A stretch of DNA of 64,000 nt from Actinomycetota bacterium (GTDB lineage Bacteria; Actinomycetota; UBA4738; HRBIN12): assembly GCA_046330185.1 (NCBI GenBank), contig JAXLTF010000018.1, forward strand, positions 4,185-68,184, in the 5' to 3' direction. Positions within the stretch are counted from its first letter, which is position 1. Every line of letters begins with the position of its first letter. Shown piece by piece: positions 46,596 to 56,842 of this stretch. Both the position numbers and the translations under genes were made by a program. The notes under the pieces are model-generated. The model worked only from the letters and a program-made list of their open reading frames with translations, did no database searches and had not been told where the DNA came from.

Positions 46596-47158
46596 TCCTG
46601 GTCGTCGACCACTACGACTCGTTCGTGTACAACCTCGTGCAGCTCGTCGAGAGCCTGGGGCGCTCGACCGAGGTCGTGCGCAGCGACGCCGAGCCCGCGG
46701 AGACCCTCGTCGGACGCTCCCCCGAAGCCGTGCTCCTGTCTCCGGGACCCGGGAGGCCCGAGGACGCCGGCTGCTTCACGGAGCTGTTGCGGATCCTTCC
46801 CGCGCAGACGCCGGTCCTGGGGGTGTGCCTCGGCCACCAGGCGCTGGGCATCGCCTCCGGAGGCGCGGTCGTCCGCGGAACGCCGGTCCACGGCAAGGCC
46901 TCGCTCGTCCGCCACGACGGCCGGGGCATCCTGGAGGGCCTTAGCGACCCGTTCGAGGCAGGGCGGTACCACTCGCTCGTGGTCCAGCGCGACCGCTTGC
47001 CCGACGACCTGGAGCTCACCGCGTGGACCGAGGACGGCCTGGTGATGGCGACCCAGCATCGGACGCTCCCGCGGTTCGGCGTGCAGTTCCATCCCGAGTC
47101 GATCCTCACGCCGGAGGGCCCGCGGATCGTGGAGAACTTCCTGGCGCTGACGCGCTGA
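46592..47158 (+). CDS. trpG: Anthranilate synthase component II (glutamine amidotransferase)
   Basis: VDHYDSFVYNL, SPGPG, LGVCLGHQ, RYHSL and QFHPESI. Confidence 0.93.
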   Translation: MILVVDHYDSFVYNLVQLVESLGRSTEVVRSDAEPAETLVGRSPEAVLLSPGPGRPEDAGCFTELLRILPAQTPVLGVCLGHQALGIASGGAVVRGTPVHGKASLVRHDGRGILEGLSDPFEAGRYHSLVVQRDRLPDDLELTAWTEDGLVMATQHRTLPRFGVQFHPESILTPEGPRIVENFLALTR

Positions 47159-47187
47159 CGCGCTGAGGCGGCTACGGCGCTGAGGCG

Positions 47188-48189
47188 TTACGGCGCGGGA
47201 CAGCCCGGGCCGTAGGCGAACCCGGCGGAGTCGGGCCGGACGCGGCATGCGGCGGCGTTCACCGCGACGAAGGCCCCCGCCGGGATCGCCTTCAGCTCGT
47301 CCAGCAGGTCGTTCGTCCAGTGGCCGCTCACCTCGCCCTGGAAGTACCAATCGCTGCCGTTGTCCGCGACGATCATCCCGTAGCGCTTCATCGCCTCGAG
47401 GATCACGCGCGCATCCCGGCTGAACCCGCTCACGTCGAACCCGCGCTTCAACCGGAACCGGGCGCCCATCGGCGGGCACGAGGGGTCGTCCTGCCCGGCC
47501 TGGTGCCTGGCGGGCCACACGTACCGGCGCGACGTGCACGAGGCGGTGAACCGCAGCGCGTGGGCGATGCGTCCGTCGCGGACCTCGTCCCACCGCACCA
47601 GGCCGGGGAAGATCGGCAGCCCGGCCGCGTCGGCCGACGTCCATCCCGTCGGCCGCAGGTCGTTCGCCGCCGGGCCCGTGAGCGGGAAGATCGCGCCGCT
47701 CCCGGCGGTCGGGTCGCCCCCGTTCCACTCGGCGGCGTACAGCTCGAAGAGCACGCATGCGTCCCTATCGATCATCAGCGCGTGCCGGTCGGAGCCGCCC
47801 TCGATCCGGGTGTCGGGACCGAAGGGATAGGGCCCCGGATCGCTCTCGTCGCCGTACCAGAAGTCGATGCGGACGACGTCGTGGTTCGCGCCGACGACGT
47901 CGAAGGGCATCCCGTACGACGTCGGGCCGAAGTCCGGGTGCAGGCGCGTGGAGCCGGCATGCATCGCGCGTTTCCACGTGGCGCTCTTGCGGTGCACCGG
48001 GAGGCGCGATACGTCCATGTTCCAGACGTTGTCCGGCGGGAAGACGACGCACTCGGTCCCCGGCACCGGGGAGCGGGCGGCGGTGCGCGCGGGGGGAGCG
48101 GGGCGCTGGTTCGGGCCGGCAGCGGCCGCCGTTCCGGCGACGAGCATCCCGAGGGCGGCCGACGACGCCAGGAACGACCGCAGCCTCAT
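47188..48189 (-). CDS. Secreted hypothetical protein
   Basis: Signal peptide MRLRSFLASSAALGMLVAGTAAAA; globular, Trp/Asp/Gly-rich domain. Confidence 0.8.
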   Translation of the reverse strand: MRLRSFLASSAALGMLVAGTAAAAGPNQRPAPPARTAARSPVPGTECVVFPPDNVWNMDVSRLPVHRKSATWKRAMHAGSTRLHPDFGPTSYGMPFDVVGANHDVVRIDFWYGDESDPGPYPFGPDTRIEGGSDRHALMIDRDACVLFELYAAEWNGGDPTAGSGAIFPLTGPAANDLRPTGWTSADAAGLPIFPGLVRWDEVRDGRIAHALRFTASCTSRRYVWPARHQAGQDDPSCPPMGARFRLKRGFDVSGFSRDARVILEAMKRYGMIVADNGSDWYFQGEVSGHWTNDLLDELKAIPAGAFVAVNAAACRVRPDSAGFAYGPGCPAP

Positions 48190-48229
48190 GCCTGGCATCA
48201 TCGGCATCCGGCCGGCCGCCGGTTGAGCG

Positions 48230-49354
48230 TCAGGCGGGGACGTCCTCCGCCGGGACGTCCCCGGCCCCTGCCCCAGCGGCCGCCTTCTCGGCGGCCATCC
48301 GCCTGGCCTCCTCGACCAGCCTCGGCACGAACGAGGACTCGGGGATCTTGTCCACGACCTCGCCCTTCACGATCAGGAACCCCTGGCCCTTGCCGGCGGC
48401 GATCCCCAGGTCGGCCTCGCGCGCCTCGCCCGGGCCGTTCACCACGCAGCCCATCACTGCGACCCGGACCGGCTGCGTTATCCCCTCGCGCTCGAGCGCC
48501 TCGTTCACCTGCTTCGTGAGCCCGAGGACGTCCACCTCGGCGCGGCCGCACGAGGGGCACGCGACGAGATCGAGCCCGCGCCGCCTCAGACCCAGCGACT
48601 CGAGGATCTTCGTGCCGACCTTGACCTCCTCGACGGGGTCGTCCGTCAGCGAGACGCGGATCGTGTCGCCGATCCCCTCGGCCAGGAGCGCGCCGATCCC
48701 CACCGCGCTCTTGACGCCGCCCATCGGCATCGGCCCCGCCTCCGTGACCCCCAGGTGCAGCGGGTAGTCGCATGCGGCGGCCAGGCGCCGGTACGCCTCG
48801 ATCATCACGGTGGGGTTCGAGTGCTTCACCGAGATCTTGACGTCGGTGAAGTCCTCGTCCTCGAGGATCCGCGCCTCGTTCAACGCGGACTCCACCAGGG
48901 CATCCGGGGTGGGCGCGCCGTGCTTGGCGAGCAGTTCCTTCTCGAGCGAGCCGGCGTTCACCCCGATCCGGATCGGAACGCCGCGCGCCTTGGCCTCGCG
49001 GGCGATCAGCCGCACCTTGTCCTGGTACCGGATGTTGCCCGGGTTGATCCTGAGCCCCTGGATCCCCGCCTCGAGCGCGGCGATCGCGTACTTCCACTGG
49101 AAGTGGATGTCGGCCACGACGGGCACCGTCGACTTCGCGGCGATGGCGCCGAGCGCCTCGGCGTCCTCCCAGTGGGGGACCGCGACCCGGACGATGTCGA
49201 CGCCGGCCGCCACCAGGGAAGCGATCTGCTGCAGGGTGGCGTTGACGTCCGACGTCCTCGTCGTGGTCATCGACTGGACCGAGATCGGGGCGTCGCCGCC
49301 GATCGGCACGTTCCCCACCCTGATCCGCCGCGAGGGTCGCCGGGTGCTCAGCAT
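48230..49354 (-). CDS. ispG: HMBPP synthase
   Basis: [45 protein letters not shown] and [12 protein letters not shown]. Confidence 0.98.
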   Translation of the reverse strand: MLSTRRPSRRIRVGNVPIGGDAPISVQSMTTTRTSDVNATLQQIASLVAAGVDIVRVAVPHWEDAEALGAIAAKSTVPVVADIHFQWKYAIAALEAGIQGLRINPGNIRYQDKVRLIAREAKARGVPIRIGVNAGSLEKELLAKHGAPTPDALVESALNEARILEDEDFTDVKISVKHSNPTVMIEAYRRLAAACDYPLHLGVTEAGPMPMGGVKSAVGIGALLAEGIGDTIRVSLTDDPVEEVKVGTKILESLGLRRRGLDLVACPSCGRAEVDVLGLTKQVNEALEREGITQPVRVAVMGCVVNGPGEAREADLGIAAGKGQGFLIVKGEVVDKIPESSFVPRLVEEARRMAAEKAAAGAGAGDVPAEDVPA

Positions 49355-49453
49355 CTCCCCGACAGCCTATCGGGGGGGCAGGTTCCACCCCGTCCGGGTC
49401 GGCATCCCCCCACGCCCCCGGGAGCGGCATCCCCTCTCGCCCCGGCGCTGGCC

Positions 49454-50797
49454 TCACCCTTCGCCCTCTTGTGCCTTCGCCCCGGCGACGGGCAGGTCGA
49501 ACCTGAACACGCTGCCGGCCCCGGGCGCGCTCTCGGCGGTGATGTGTCCGCCGTGCGCCTCCACGACCGAGCGGGCGATCGCCAGCCCGATGCCCGTGCC
49601 CCCCTCCTCGCGCGATCGCGCCGGATCGGCACGGTAGAACCGCTCGAAGAGGCGCGGCAGGTGCTCCGGCGAGATCCCCACGCCCGTGTCCGCGACGCGC
49701 ACCTCCACCCAGCCGTCATGACGATCGGCCGTCACGGTCACGGACCCTCCACCCGGCGTGAACCTGACGGCGTTGTCCAGCAGGTTGAACAGGACCTGAT
49801 GGATGCGCTCGCGGTCGGCCTCGATCGCGGGGAGGCCGACCGGCACGTCGCTCGAGACCTCGACGCCTCGGTCGGAGCGCGCCACCTCGATCTCCGACAG
49901 CACCTGGGCGACCAGGGGCGCCAGCTCGATCTCCTCCCGCCGGAGCGGGAGCTCCCCGGACTCCAGCCGCGAGAGCTCCAGCAGCTGGTCGATCAGGCGG
50001 GACAGGCGTTCGGTCTGGGTGAGCATCACCTGCAGCGTCGCCGGGTCGGGCGCCTCGACGCCGTCGAGGACGTTCTCCAGGTGCGCACGGATCGCCGCGA
50101 TCGGCGTCTTGAGCTCGTGCGAGACGTTCGCGACCAGGTCTCGCCGGCTGCGCTCCAGGTTCTCGAGCTCGCCGCTCATCCGGTTGAACGCCGTCGCGAG
50201 CTGGCCCACCTCGTCCCGGCTGTGCGTGTGGACCCGCTGGCTGTAGTCGCCGACCTCCATCCGCTGCGCGGCGCGCGCCATGTCGCGCAGCGGCTGCGTC
50301 ATCCCGCGGGCCAGGTACCGCGCGACGACGAGCGCGATCCCCGACGCGAGCGCCCCGGCGACGAGCAGCTGCGGCAGGAACTCGAACAGGAACCGGGTCG
50401 AGGAGGCGACGAACCCGGGCTCGCGCCGGACGGCGTAGAAGGTGCCGCCGGCAACGTCGCGCAGGGGCACGGCGGCGTACTCGACCCCGTTCCCCGCGCC
50501 CACGTGCACCCCGCCCTCGAACGCCGGCGGCATCGGCAGCTCCGCCCCGATCCACGTGACCTCGTCGCCGACGATCGCCAGGAACGACGTCCTGCCGTCG
50601 GTCACGGGGTCCCGCTCCGCGCTGTGCGACTGCGCGAGCCGCAGGAGCTCGACGAGGTCGGCGTCTCGGAACGAGTTGCGCAGGGCGAACGCGAGGATGA
50701 AGTACACCAGGATGACGGTCATCCCGACGGCGAACACGATCGTCGAGCCGAGCTTCGCCCGGATGGTGGGGAGCCTCTCGAACGGCCGCGTGTTCAC
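49454..50797 (-). CDS. Two-component sensor histidine kinase (2 TM, HAMP, HisKA, HATPase)
   Basis: DEVGQLATAFNRM, ANVSHELKTP, NLLDNAVRF, DTGVGI and GGTGIGLAI. Confidence 0.95.
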   Translation of the reverse strand: MNTRPFERLPTIRAKLGSTIVFAVGMTVILVYFILAFALRNSFRDADLVELLRLAQSHSAERDPVTDGRTSFLAIVGDEVTWIGAELPMPPAFEGGVHVGAGNGVEYAAVPLRDVAGGTFYAVRREPGFVASSTRFLFEFLPQLLVAGALASGIALVVARYLARGMTQPLRDMARAAQRMEVGDYSQRVHTHSRDEVGQLATAFNRMSGELENLERSRRDLVANVSHELKTPIAAIRAHLENVLDGVEAPDPATLQVMLTQTERLSRLIDQLLELSRLESGELPLRREEIELAPLVAQVLSEIEVARSDRGVEVSSDVPVGLPAIEADRERIHQVLFNLLDNAVRFTPGGGSVTVTADRHDGWVEVRVADTGVGISPEHLPRLFERFYRADPARSREEGGTGIGLAIARSVVEAHGGHITAESAPGAGSVFRFDLPVAGAKAQEGEG

Positions 50798-51489
50798 GCC
50801 TGGTCCATGAACGCGTACCCCACGCCATGGACCGTGCGGATGAACCGGGGATCGTTCCCGTCCTCGCCGAGCTTCCGCCGGATCCGCGCGACGTGGGAAT
50901 CGACCACGCGACCCCCCGCGTAGTCCCGGTATCCCCAGACGCGGTCCATCAGCTGGTCGCGCGACAGCACGATGCCGGGATCGCGGGCCAGAGCGACGAG
51001 GAGCTCGAACTCGAGCGGGGTGAGCGCGACCTCTGAGCCGTCCACGGAGACGCGCCGGCGAGCGGGATCTATCCGGATCCCGGGCCGGTCGATCGGGCCC
51101 TCGTCGTGGACGGCCCGCATGCGCTCGATCCGGCGCAGGATCGCCTTGACGCGCACCACGAGCTCGCGGAGGCTGAACGGCTTCGTGAGGTAGTCGTCTG
51201 CCCCGACCGCGAAGCCGGCGACCTTGTCCGCCTCCTCGGTCCGCGCCGTGAGCATCAGCACCGGGGTCCATGCGGTCCGCTGGATGACCTTGCAGACCTC
51301 CAGGCCGTCCATCCCGGGCAGCATCAGATCCAGGACGACCAGGTCCGGGCGGTGCTCGGCGTGGAGCTGGATCGCCTGCGGTCCGTCGCCCGCGACGATC
51401 ACGCGGTACCCCTCCGCCTCCAGGCGCGCACGTACGGCCTCGGCGATCGCATCCTCGTCGTCCACGACGAGCACGGTCTGGTCGGGCAT
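50794..51489 (-). CDS. OmpR/PhoB-family response regulator
   Basis: LVVDDE, LDLMLPGMDG, GADDYLTKPFS and C-terminal winged helix (IRTVHGVGY). Confidence 0.96.
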   Translation of the reverse strand: MPDQTVLVVDDEDAIAEAVRARLEAEGYRVIVAGDGPQAIQLHAEHRPDLVVLDLMLPGMDGLEVCKVIQRTAWTPVLMLTARTEEADKVAGFAVGADDYLTKPFSLRELVVRVKAILRRIERMRAVHDEGPIDRPGIRIDPARRRVSVDGSEVALTPLEFELLVALARDPGIVLSRDQLMDRVWGYRDYAGGRVVDSHVARIRRKLGEDGNDPRFIRTVHGVGYAFMDQA

Positions 51490-51582
51490 CGCGTCATGGT
51501 ATCCGGGGAAGGCGCGCGGGTCGGACATGCCATGTGGCGAGATCGTGGAGGGCGGACCGCCCGCCGGGACCGCGGATCGGCG

Positions 51583-52701
51583 CTACGGGGCGATCGTGAT
51601 CGGCTTGGTGATGTCCAGGATGATCGTCGCCAGGACGAACACCACGAAGAACGCCATCACGGCGGCCGATACCGGGATCAGCTTGCGCATGTCGATCGTC
51701 CGTCCACGGGCCTTCTCGATCGCGAGGACCGCCAGGTGACCGCCGTCGAACGGCGGCAGCGGGAGCAGGTTGATCAGCCCGATGAACACCGTGACGAACG
51801 CCAGGAAGTACAGGACCGCGCCCCAGTCGCCCGCCGACCCGGTCTGCCCCACCGCCTGTCCGATCCCGACCACGCTCGTGGGATCGGACGGCGACCGCTG
51901 CTCGTCGGTGAACAGCAGCGAGAACACACGGCCGATCCCCTCCGGCCCGAAGATCCGGGTGATCTGATGCACCGAGGTCTCGATCGCGCGCCCGACCTCC
52001 TTCACCCCGCCGACGACCGCACCCACCACCCCCGGCTTGTCGTAGCCGAGCCTGATCCCGATCCTGCCGATCGTCTCGCCTCCGACGACGTCCTCCTGCG
52101 GCGTCATCGTGATCCGGAGCTCCCTCCCGTCGCGTTCGACCGTGAAGACGACCGGCTCCCCGACGTGATCGCTCGAGTACGCCAGCAGCCGATCGGGGGT
52201 GGGATCGGCCACATCGCCGACGCCGACGATCCTGTCGCCCGGCCGCAGCCCGGCCGCGGCCGCGGGCGAGGGCCGTCCGTTCTCGAGGGTCGTGTCCACC
52301 ACCCCGACGACCGGCACGGGGCTGCGCGGGTCGCCGAAGAAGAACAGCCACATCGCGAACAGCACCGCGGCCACGACGAAGTGCGAGCCCGGGCCCGACA
52401 GGATCACGACCGCCCGCTGCCAGATCGGCTTCGCGCCGTAGCTCCTCGGCAGGTCCTCGGGCGCCACCGGCTCGTAGGGGTTCATGCCAGCGATCTTCAC
52501 GTAGCCGCCGAGCGGCAACGCCTTGACCCCGTACTCGATCTCGCCGCGCCGGAACGACCAGAGGCGGGGACCGAACCCGACGAAGTACTCGAGCACCTGG
52601 AACCCCATCTTGCGCGCCGCCAGGTAGTGCCCCGCCTCGTGGATGAGGATGATGAACAGCAGGCCCGAGAAGAAGGCGACGATCGCGAGCGTGCCGGACA
52701 T
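51583..52701 (-). CDS. rseP: RIP/M50 membrane metalloprotease with PDZ domain
   Basis: IHEAGH, PLGGYVKIAGM and NLLPLPPFDGGH. Confidence 0.95.
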   Translation of the reverse strand: MSGTLAIVAFFSGLLFIILIHEAGHYLAARKMGFQVLEYFVGFGPRLWSFRRGEIEYGVKALPLGGYVKIAGMNPYEPVAPEDLPRSYGAKPIWQRAVVILSGPGSHFVVAAVLFAMWLFFFGDPRSPVPVVGVVDTTLENGRPSPAAAAGLRPGDRIVGVGDVADPTPDRLLAYSSDHVGEPVVFTVERDGRELRITMTPQEDVVGGETIGRIGIRLGYDKPGVVGAVVGGVKEVGRAIETSVHQITRIFGPEGIGRVFSLLFTDEQRSPSDPTSVVGIGQAVGQTGSAGDWGAVLYFLAFVTVFIGLINLLPLPPFDGGHLAVLAIEKARGRTIDMRKLIPVSAAVMAFFVVFVLATIILDITKPITIAP

Positions 52702-52705
52702 GGGG

Positions 52706-53863
52706 TCAGCTCGCCTCGGCGAGCTCCGCGGCGCGCTGGCGCGCCCACGCGTCGGCGCGCTCGATCTGGACGATGGACAGCAGGCCAGAAGGCTCGTGTT
52801 CGTCGACGGTCGTCTGCACGATCTCGACGATCCTCGTGAGCGGGATCTTCCCCTCCAGGAACGCCATCACCGCGACCTCGTTGGCGGCGTTCATCACGGC
52901 GGGGAAGGTCAGACCCAGCCCACCGACTCGGTAGGCCAGATCGACCGCCGGGAAGGCCTCGCGGTCGACCGGCTCGAACGTGAGCGGTCGCTCGGTGAGC
53001 GGGGCCGTGGCGACGCCCGAGGGCAGCCGCTCCGGCCAGGCGAGCGCGAGCTGGATGGGGAGACGCATGTCCGCTACAGCCATCTCGGCACGCATGCTGC
53101 CGTCCCTGAACTCCGCGATCGCGTGGACCAGGCCCTCGGGATGGATCAGGACGTGGATCTGCGAGTAGTCCAGGTCGAACAGGTAATGCGCCTCGATCAC
53201 CTCGAGGCCCTTGTTCATCAGGGTCGCCGAGTCGATCGTGATCTTCGGGCCCATCGCCCAGACCGGGTGCTGCAGGGCCTCCTTCACCGACGCCTTCGCG
53301 AGCTCCGAGTGCGTCCAGCCGCGGAACGGCCCGCCGGACCCGGTGATCACCACGCGCTTGAGGTCCTCCCGGCGTTCGCCGCGCAGCGCCATCGCGAGGG
53401 CCGCGTGCTCGGAGTCGACCGGGAGCAGCCGCTCCGGCTCCCCCTTGATCAGGTCGAGCACGAGCTCGCCGCCGACCACCAGGCTCTCCTTGTTCGCCAG
53501 GGCGAGCGTCTTGCCGCTCTGCAGCGTCGCGAGCGTGGGTCCGAGCCCGGCCGATCCCACCAGCGCGTTGACGACGAGGTCGGCGTCGGAGTCACGCGCG
53601 ATCTGCTCCGTGGCGTCGGGTCCGACGACCAGCTCCACGCCGCGGACCTGACCCAGACGCTGCCGAACCTCGTCGGCGGCCGACCGGTCCGCGATCGCCA
53701 CGGTCGGCGGGAGGAACTCGCGGATCTGACCCGCGAGGAGCTCCTGGTTCGCGCCCGCCGCCGAGAGCGCGGCGACGCGGAAGCGATCGGGGTTCCGGCG
53801 CACGACGTCCAGGACCTGCGTGCCGATCGAGCCAGTGGACCCCAGGAGGGCGAGCGACCTCAT
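52706..53863 (-). CDS. dxr: 1-deoxy-D-xylulose-5-phosphate reductoisomerase
   Basis: LLGSTGSIGTQ, LANKES, PVDSEH, HPVWAMGPKITIDSATLMNKGLE. Confidence 0.98.
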   Translation of the reverse strand: MRSLALLGSTGSIGTQVLDVVRRNPDRFRVAALSAAGANQELLAGQIREFLPPTVAIADRSAADEVRQRLGQVRGVELVVGPDATEQIARDSDADLVVNALVGSAGLGPTLATLQSGKTLALANKESLVVGGELVLDLIKGEPERLLPVDSEHAALAMALRGERREDLKRVVITGSGGPFRGWTHSELAKASVKEALQHPVWAMGPKITIDSATLMNKGLEVIEAHYLFDLDYSQIHVLIHPEGLVHAIAEFRDGSMRAEMAVADMRLPIQLALAWPERLPSGVATAPLTERPLTFEPVDREAFPAVDLAYRVGGLGLTFPAVMNAANEVAVMAFLEGKIPLTRIVEIVQTTVDEHEPSGLLSIVQIERADAWARQRAAELAEAS

Positions 53864-53909
53864 GGCGTCAAGGGTACCCCGGGCCACGATGAACCCGGCG
53901 AGCCGCCGG

Positions 53910-55535
53910 TCAGGCGAAGACCAACCGGAAGAACAGGAAGGCGGCCGGCGCCACGAACAACAGCGAGTCGATCCGGTCGAGCGCGCCACCGTGCCCCGGC
54001 AGCACGCTCCCCATGTCCTTGATCCCCAGATCGCGCTTGATCAACGACTCCGCGAGGTCCCCGAACGTCGCCGCGGCCGCCACCACGATCGCGAAGAAGA
54101 AGGACTCGATCTTCAGGCCCTCGAACGGGTCGATGAACGAGGGGACCAGCGCCACCGCGACGATGACCGTGACGAACGTCGCGCCGATCGTTCCCTCGAT
54201 CGACTTCTTGGGGCTGGTGTTCGGCGCCAGCGGCCGCTGGAAGAACGAGCCGCCCCAGACCGAGCCCACGAGGAACGCGGCCGTGTCGTAGATGAACGTG
54301 AGCCCGATCACCGCCACGACGAGCGCCTTGCCGTCGGCTCCCCCCGCGACGAGCGTCACGATCAGGTAGGACGCGAGCAACGGGATGTAGGCGACGTTCA
54401 TCACCGTCAGGCCGATGTTCTGCAGCGCCCCCTTCCGGTGCGTCGGCGGGACGGCCATGAACCACAGGAACGTCGCGATCACGCCGAGCGCGAACATCGC
54501 CAGGGCGCCGGCCTCTCCGTGCTCGTAGGCACCGGCGACGACTAGCGCCCCGGTCACCAGGCCGATGGCGGTGGCCGGCTGGTGGTGCGCCTTGACCATC
54601 GCGCCGAACAGCTCACCCTGGGCAACGAGGACGATGATCCCGGCGACGATCGCGAAGGCCCCCTTCCCGATCAGCAGGGACCCGAGGGCTATGCCGGCGA
54701 GCACGATCCCGGTCAGGAACGCCGCGGGGACGTCCCGCTCCCCCCCGGTGCCGCGGCGGTCGAGATCGGCTCCGACCTCGACCGATGTCGGCTCCTGCCA
54801 GCTGGGTCCGCCCAGACCCTCGGCGCCGACCATGACGGTGCGTCCGCTCTCTGGTTCCTCCAGGTCCGACAGGATGTCCTGCTCGACGCCGGCGATCTCG
54901 GACCCCTCGTCCGACCACTCGCCGTCCCCACCGCCGACCTCTCCCGTTCCCTCGTCGGTCTCGACCGAGCCCGCGAAGTGGGCGGCGGCGGCCTCGAGGT
55001 CCTCCTCGGTGGGCGCCTCCGCGAAGACGACCACGCCGTCGTCCTCGAGGTCGGACGCGGATCCCCGTTCGACCTCCTCGGCCCCCGCGACCACGACCGG
55101 CCCCGCGAGCTCGCCGAACAGGTCGCCCTGGTCCTCGTGAACCTCCGCGGCCGGGGCGACCTCCTGCTCCCCCACCGTGGCCTCCACCTCGGTCACCTCG
55201 ATCTCGGGGGATCCGCCGAGGATCTCGTCGATCGGCTCGAGGACACCGGTGTCGTACCAGGACTCATCGAGATCGGCCTCGTCCTCGCCGGCGATGGTGT
55301 CCGCCTCCACCGGCTCGGGCGCCTCCACCGGTTCGGCCCCCCCCGCGTCGCCGGGGTCCGGCGCGGCCGGGATCGGCTCCGGTTCCGGCTCGGCGTGGAC
55401 CGAGACGTGCTCCTCCTGGGGCGCGCCCGCGGGCGGGGCGGGCTCGTCGGCATCCCAGTCCACGTCGCGGATCGGGGCGAAGAACTTGTCGAGGTCCTCG
55501 AACAGGTCGTCGCCGGTCTTGTTGTCGTCGGCCAC
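53910..55535 (-). CDS. cdsA: Phosphatidate cytidylyltransferase with a long acidic N-terminal extension
   Basis: C-terminal CTP_transf_1 motifs (YDTAAF, SPKKSIEG, GDLAESLIKRDLGIKDMG..LPGHGGALDRIDS); GGAGG RBS before the GTG. Confidence 0.93.
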   Translation of the reverse strand: MADDNKTGDDLFEDLDKFFAPIRDVDWDADEPAPPAGAPQEEHVSVHAEPEPEPIPAAPDPGDAGGAEPVEAPEPVEADTIAGEDEADLDESWYDTGVLEPIDEILGGSPEIEVTEVEATVGEQEVAPAAEVHEDQGDLFGELAGPVVVAGAEEVERGSASDLEDDGVVVFAEAPTEEDLEAAAAHFAGSVETDEGTGEVGGGDGEWSDEGSEIAGVEQDILSDLEEPESGRTVMVGAEGLGGPSWQEPTSVEVGADLDRRGTGGERDVPAAFLTGIVLAGIALGSLLIGKGAFAIVAGIIVLVAQGELFGAMVKAHHQPATAIGLVTGALVVAGAYEHGEAGALAMFALGVIATFLWFMAVPPTHRKGALQNIGLTVMNVAYIPLLASYLIVTLVAGGADGKALVVAVIGLTFIYDTAAFLVGSVWGGSFFQRPLAPNTSPKKSIEGTIGATFVTVIVAVALVPSFIDPFEGLKIESFFFAIVVAAAATFGDLAESLIKRDLGIKDMGSVLPGHGGALDRIDSLLFVAPAAFLFFRLVFA

Positions 55536-55536
55536 G

Positions 55537-56097
55537 TCAGACCTCCATGAGCTCCTGCTCCTTGTGGCGTTGGATCTCGTCAACCTCCGCCACGTGCTGG
55601 TCGGTCAGCCTCTGGAGCTCCTTCTCGGCACGCTTCAGGTCATCTTCCGAGATGACGTGCTCATGCTCAAGCTTCTCCATCTCTTCCTTCGAATGCCGTC
55701 GCACGTTGCGAACGGCGACGCGCGCCTCCTCGGCGCGATGATGGACGGACCTCACGAGGTCCTTGCGCCGCTCCTCGGTGAGCGGCGGGAACGCCAGGCG
55801 GATCACGTTGCCGTCGTTCGAGGGCGTGATCCCGAGATCGCTCGTCTGGATCGCCTTCTCGATCGCGCCGATGGCGCCCTTGTCGAACGGGGTGATCATC
55901 AGCAGGCGCGGCTCGGGCACCGAGATCGACGTGAGCTGGTTCAGGGGCACCGTCGTGCCGTAGTAGTCGACGCTCACGCGGTTCAGCAGGGCGGGCGCGG
56001 CGCGGCCGGTCCGGATCGCGGCCAGGTCCTCCTTGAGGTGCGCGACGGCCTTGGCCATCTTCTCCGTCGCGTCTTTGAGGCTCGACTCGATCGTCAT
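55537..56097 (-). CDS. frr: Ribosome recycling factor
   Basis: IRTGRA, DYYGTTVPLNQL, NDGNVIRL, PPLTEERRK and VRNVRR. Confidence 0.99.
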   Translation of the reverse strand: MTIESSLKDATEKMAKAVAHLKEDLAAIRTGRAAPALLNRVSVDYYGTTVPLNQLTSISVPEPRLLMITPFDKGAIGAIEKAIQTSDLGITPSNDGNVIRLAFPPLTEERRKDLVRSVHHRAEEARVAVRNVRRHSKEEMEKLEHEHVISEDDLKRAEKELQRLTDQHVAEVDEIQRHKEQELMEV

Positions 56098-56114
56098 GAT
56101 CCCCCCGAGGCGCC

Positions 56115-56837
56115 CTAATGCACCAGCGTGCCGATCGGCTCCCCCGACACGGCCCGGCGGATGTTGCCTTCCTCACGGTAGTCGAACACGACGATGGGCA
56201 GTTCGTTCTCCATGCACAGGGAGATCGCCGTGGCGTCCATCACCGCGTATCCCTCCTTCAGCACATCCACGTAGGCGATCTGATCGAACCGGCTGGCCGA
56301 GGGGTCCTCGAGGGGGTCGGCCGTGTAGACGCCGTCGACCTTCGTGCCCTTGAGCAGCGCCTCGGCGCCGATCTCCAGCGCCCGCTGGGCGGCGCAGGTG
56401 TCGGTCGAGAAGAACGGGACGCCCAGCCCCGCGGCGAAGATCACGACCCGTCCCTTCTCGAGGTGCCGCCGGGCGCGCAGCGGGATGAACGGCTCGGCGA
56501 TCTGGGTCATCTGGATCGCCGTCTGGACCCGCGTGGGCACATGGATCTTCTCGAGCGCATCCTGGAGCGCGAGCGCGTTCATCACGGTCGCGAGCATGCC
56601 CATGTAGTCGGCCCGGTTGCGGTCGATCCCGGGGGCCTGGCGCCCTCGCCATATGTTGCCCCCGCCGACCACGACGGCGGTCTGCACGCCCAGATCGACC
56701 AGGTCCGCGAGCTGGCGCGCCAACAGCGCGGACGCATGGGTGTCGATCCCGTAGTCGCGGTCCGAAGGGGAGAACGCGTCGCCGGAGAGCTTCAGCAGGA
56801 CCCGCCCGTACGTGGGTCGTGCCGCCTCATCCGTCAT
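56115..56837 (-). CDS. pyrH: UMP kinase
   Basis: [33 protein letters not shown] and KVDGVY. Confidence 0.99.
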   Translation of the reverse strand: MTDEAARPTYGRVLLKLSGDAFSPSDRDYGIDTHASALLARQLADLVDLGVQTAVVVGGGNIWRGRQAPGIDRNRADYMGMLATVMNALALQDALEKIHVPTRVQTAIQMTQIAEPFIPLRARRHLEKGRVVIFAAGLGVPFFSTDTCAAQRALEIGAEALLKGTKVDGVYTADPLEDPSASRFDQIAYVDVLKEGYAVMDATAISLCMENELPIVVFDYREEGNIRRAVSGEPIGTLVH

Positions 56838-56842
56838 CCGCC

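Noticed and set aside
47146-47195. Short imperfect repeats (gctgacgc x2, gctgaggcg x2) at the convergent trpG junction
   Set aside because: Too short and irregular for a CRISPR or REP element; partly coding, with no spacers or cas genes.
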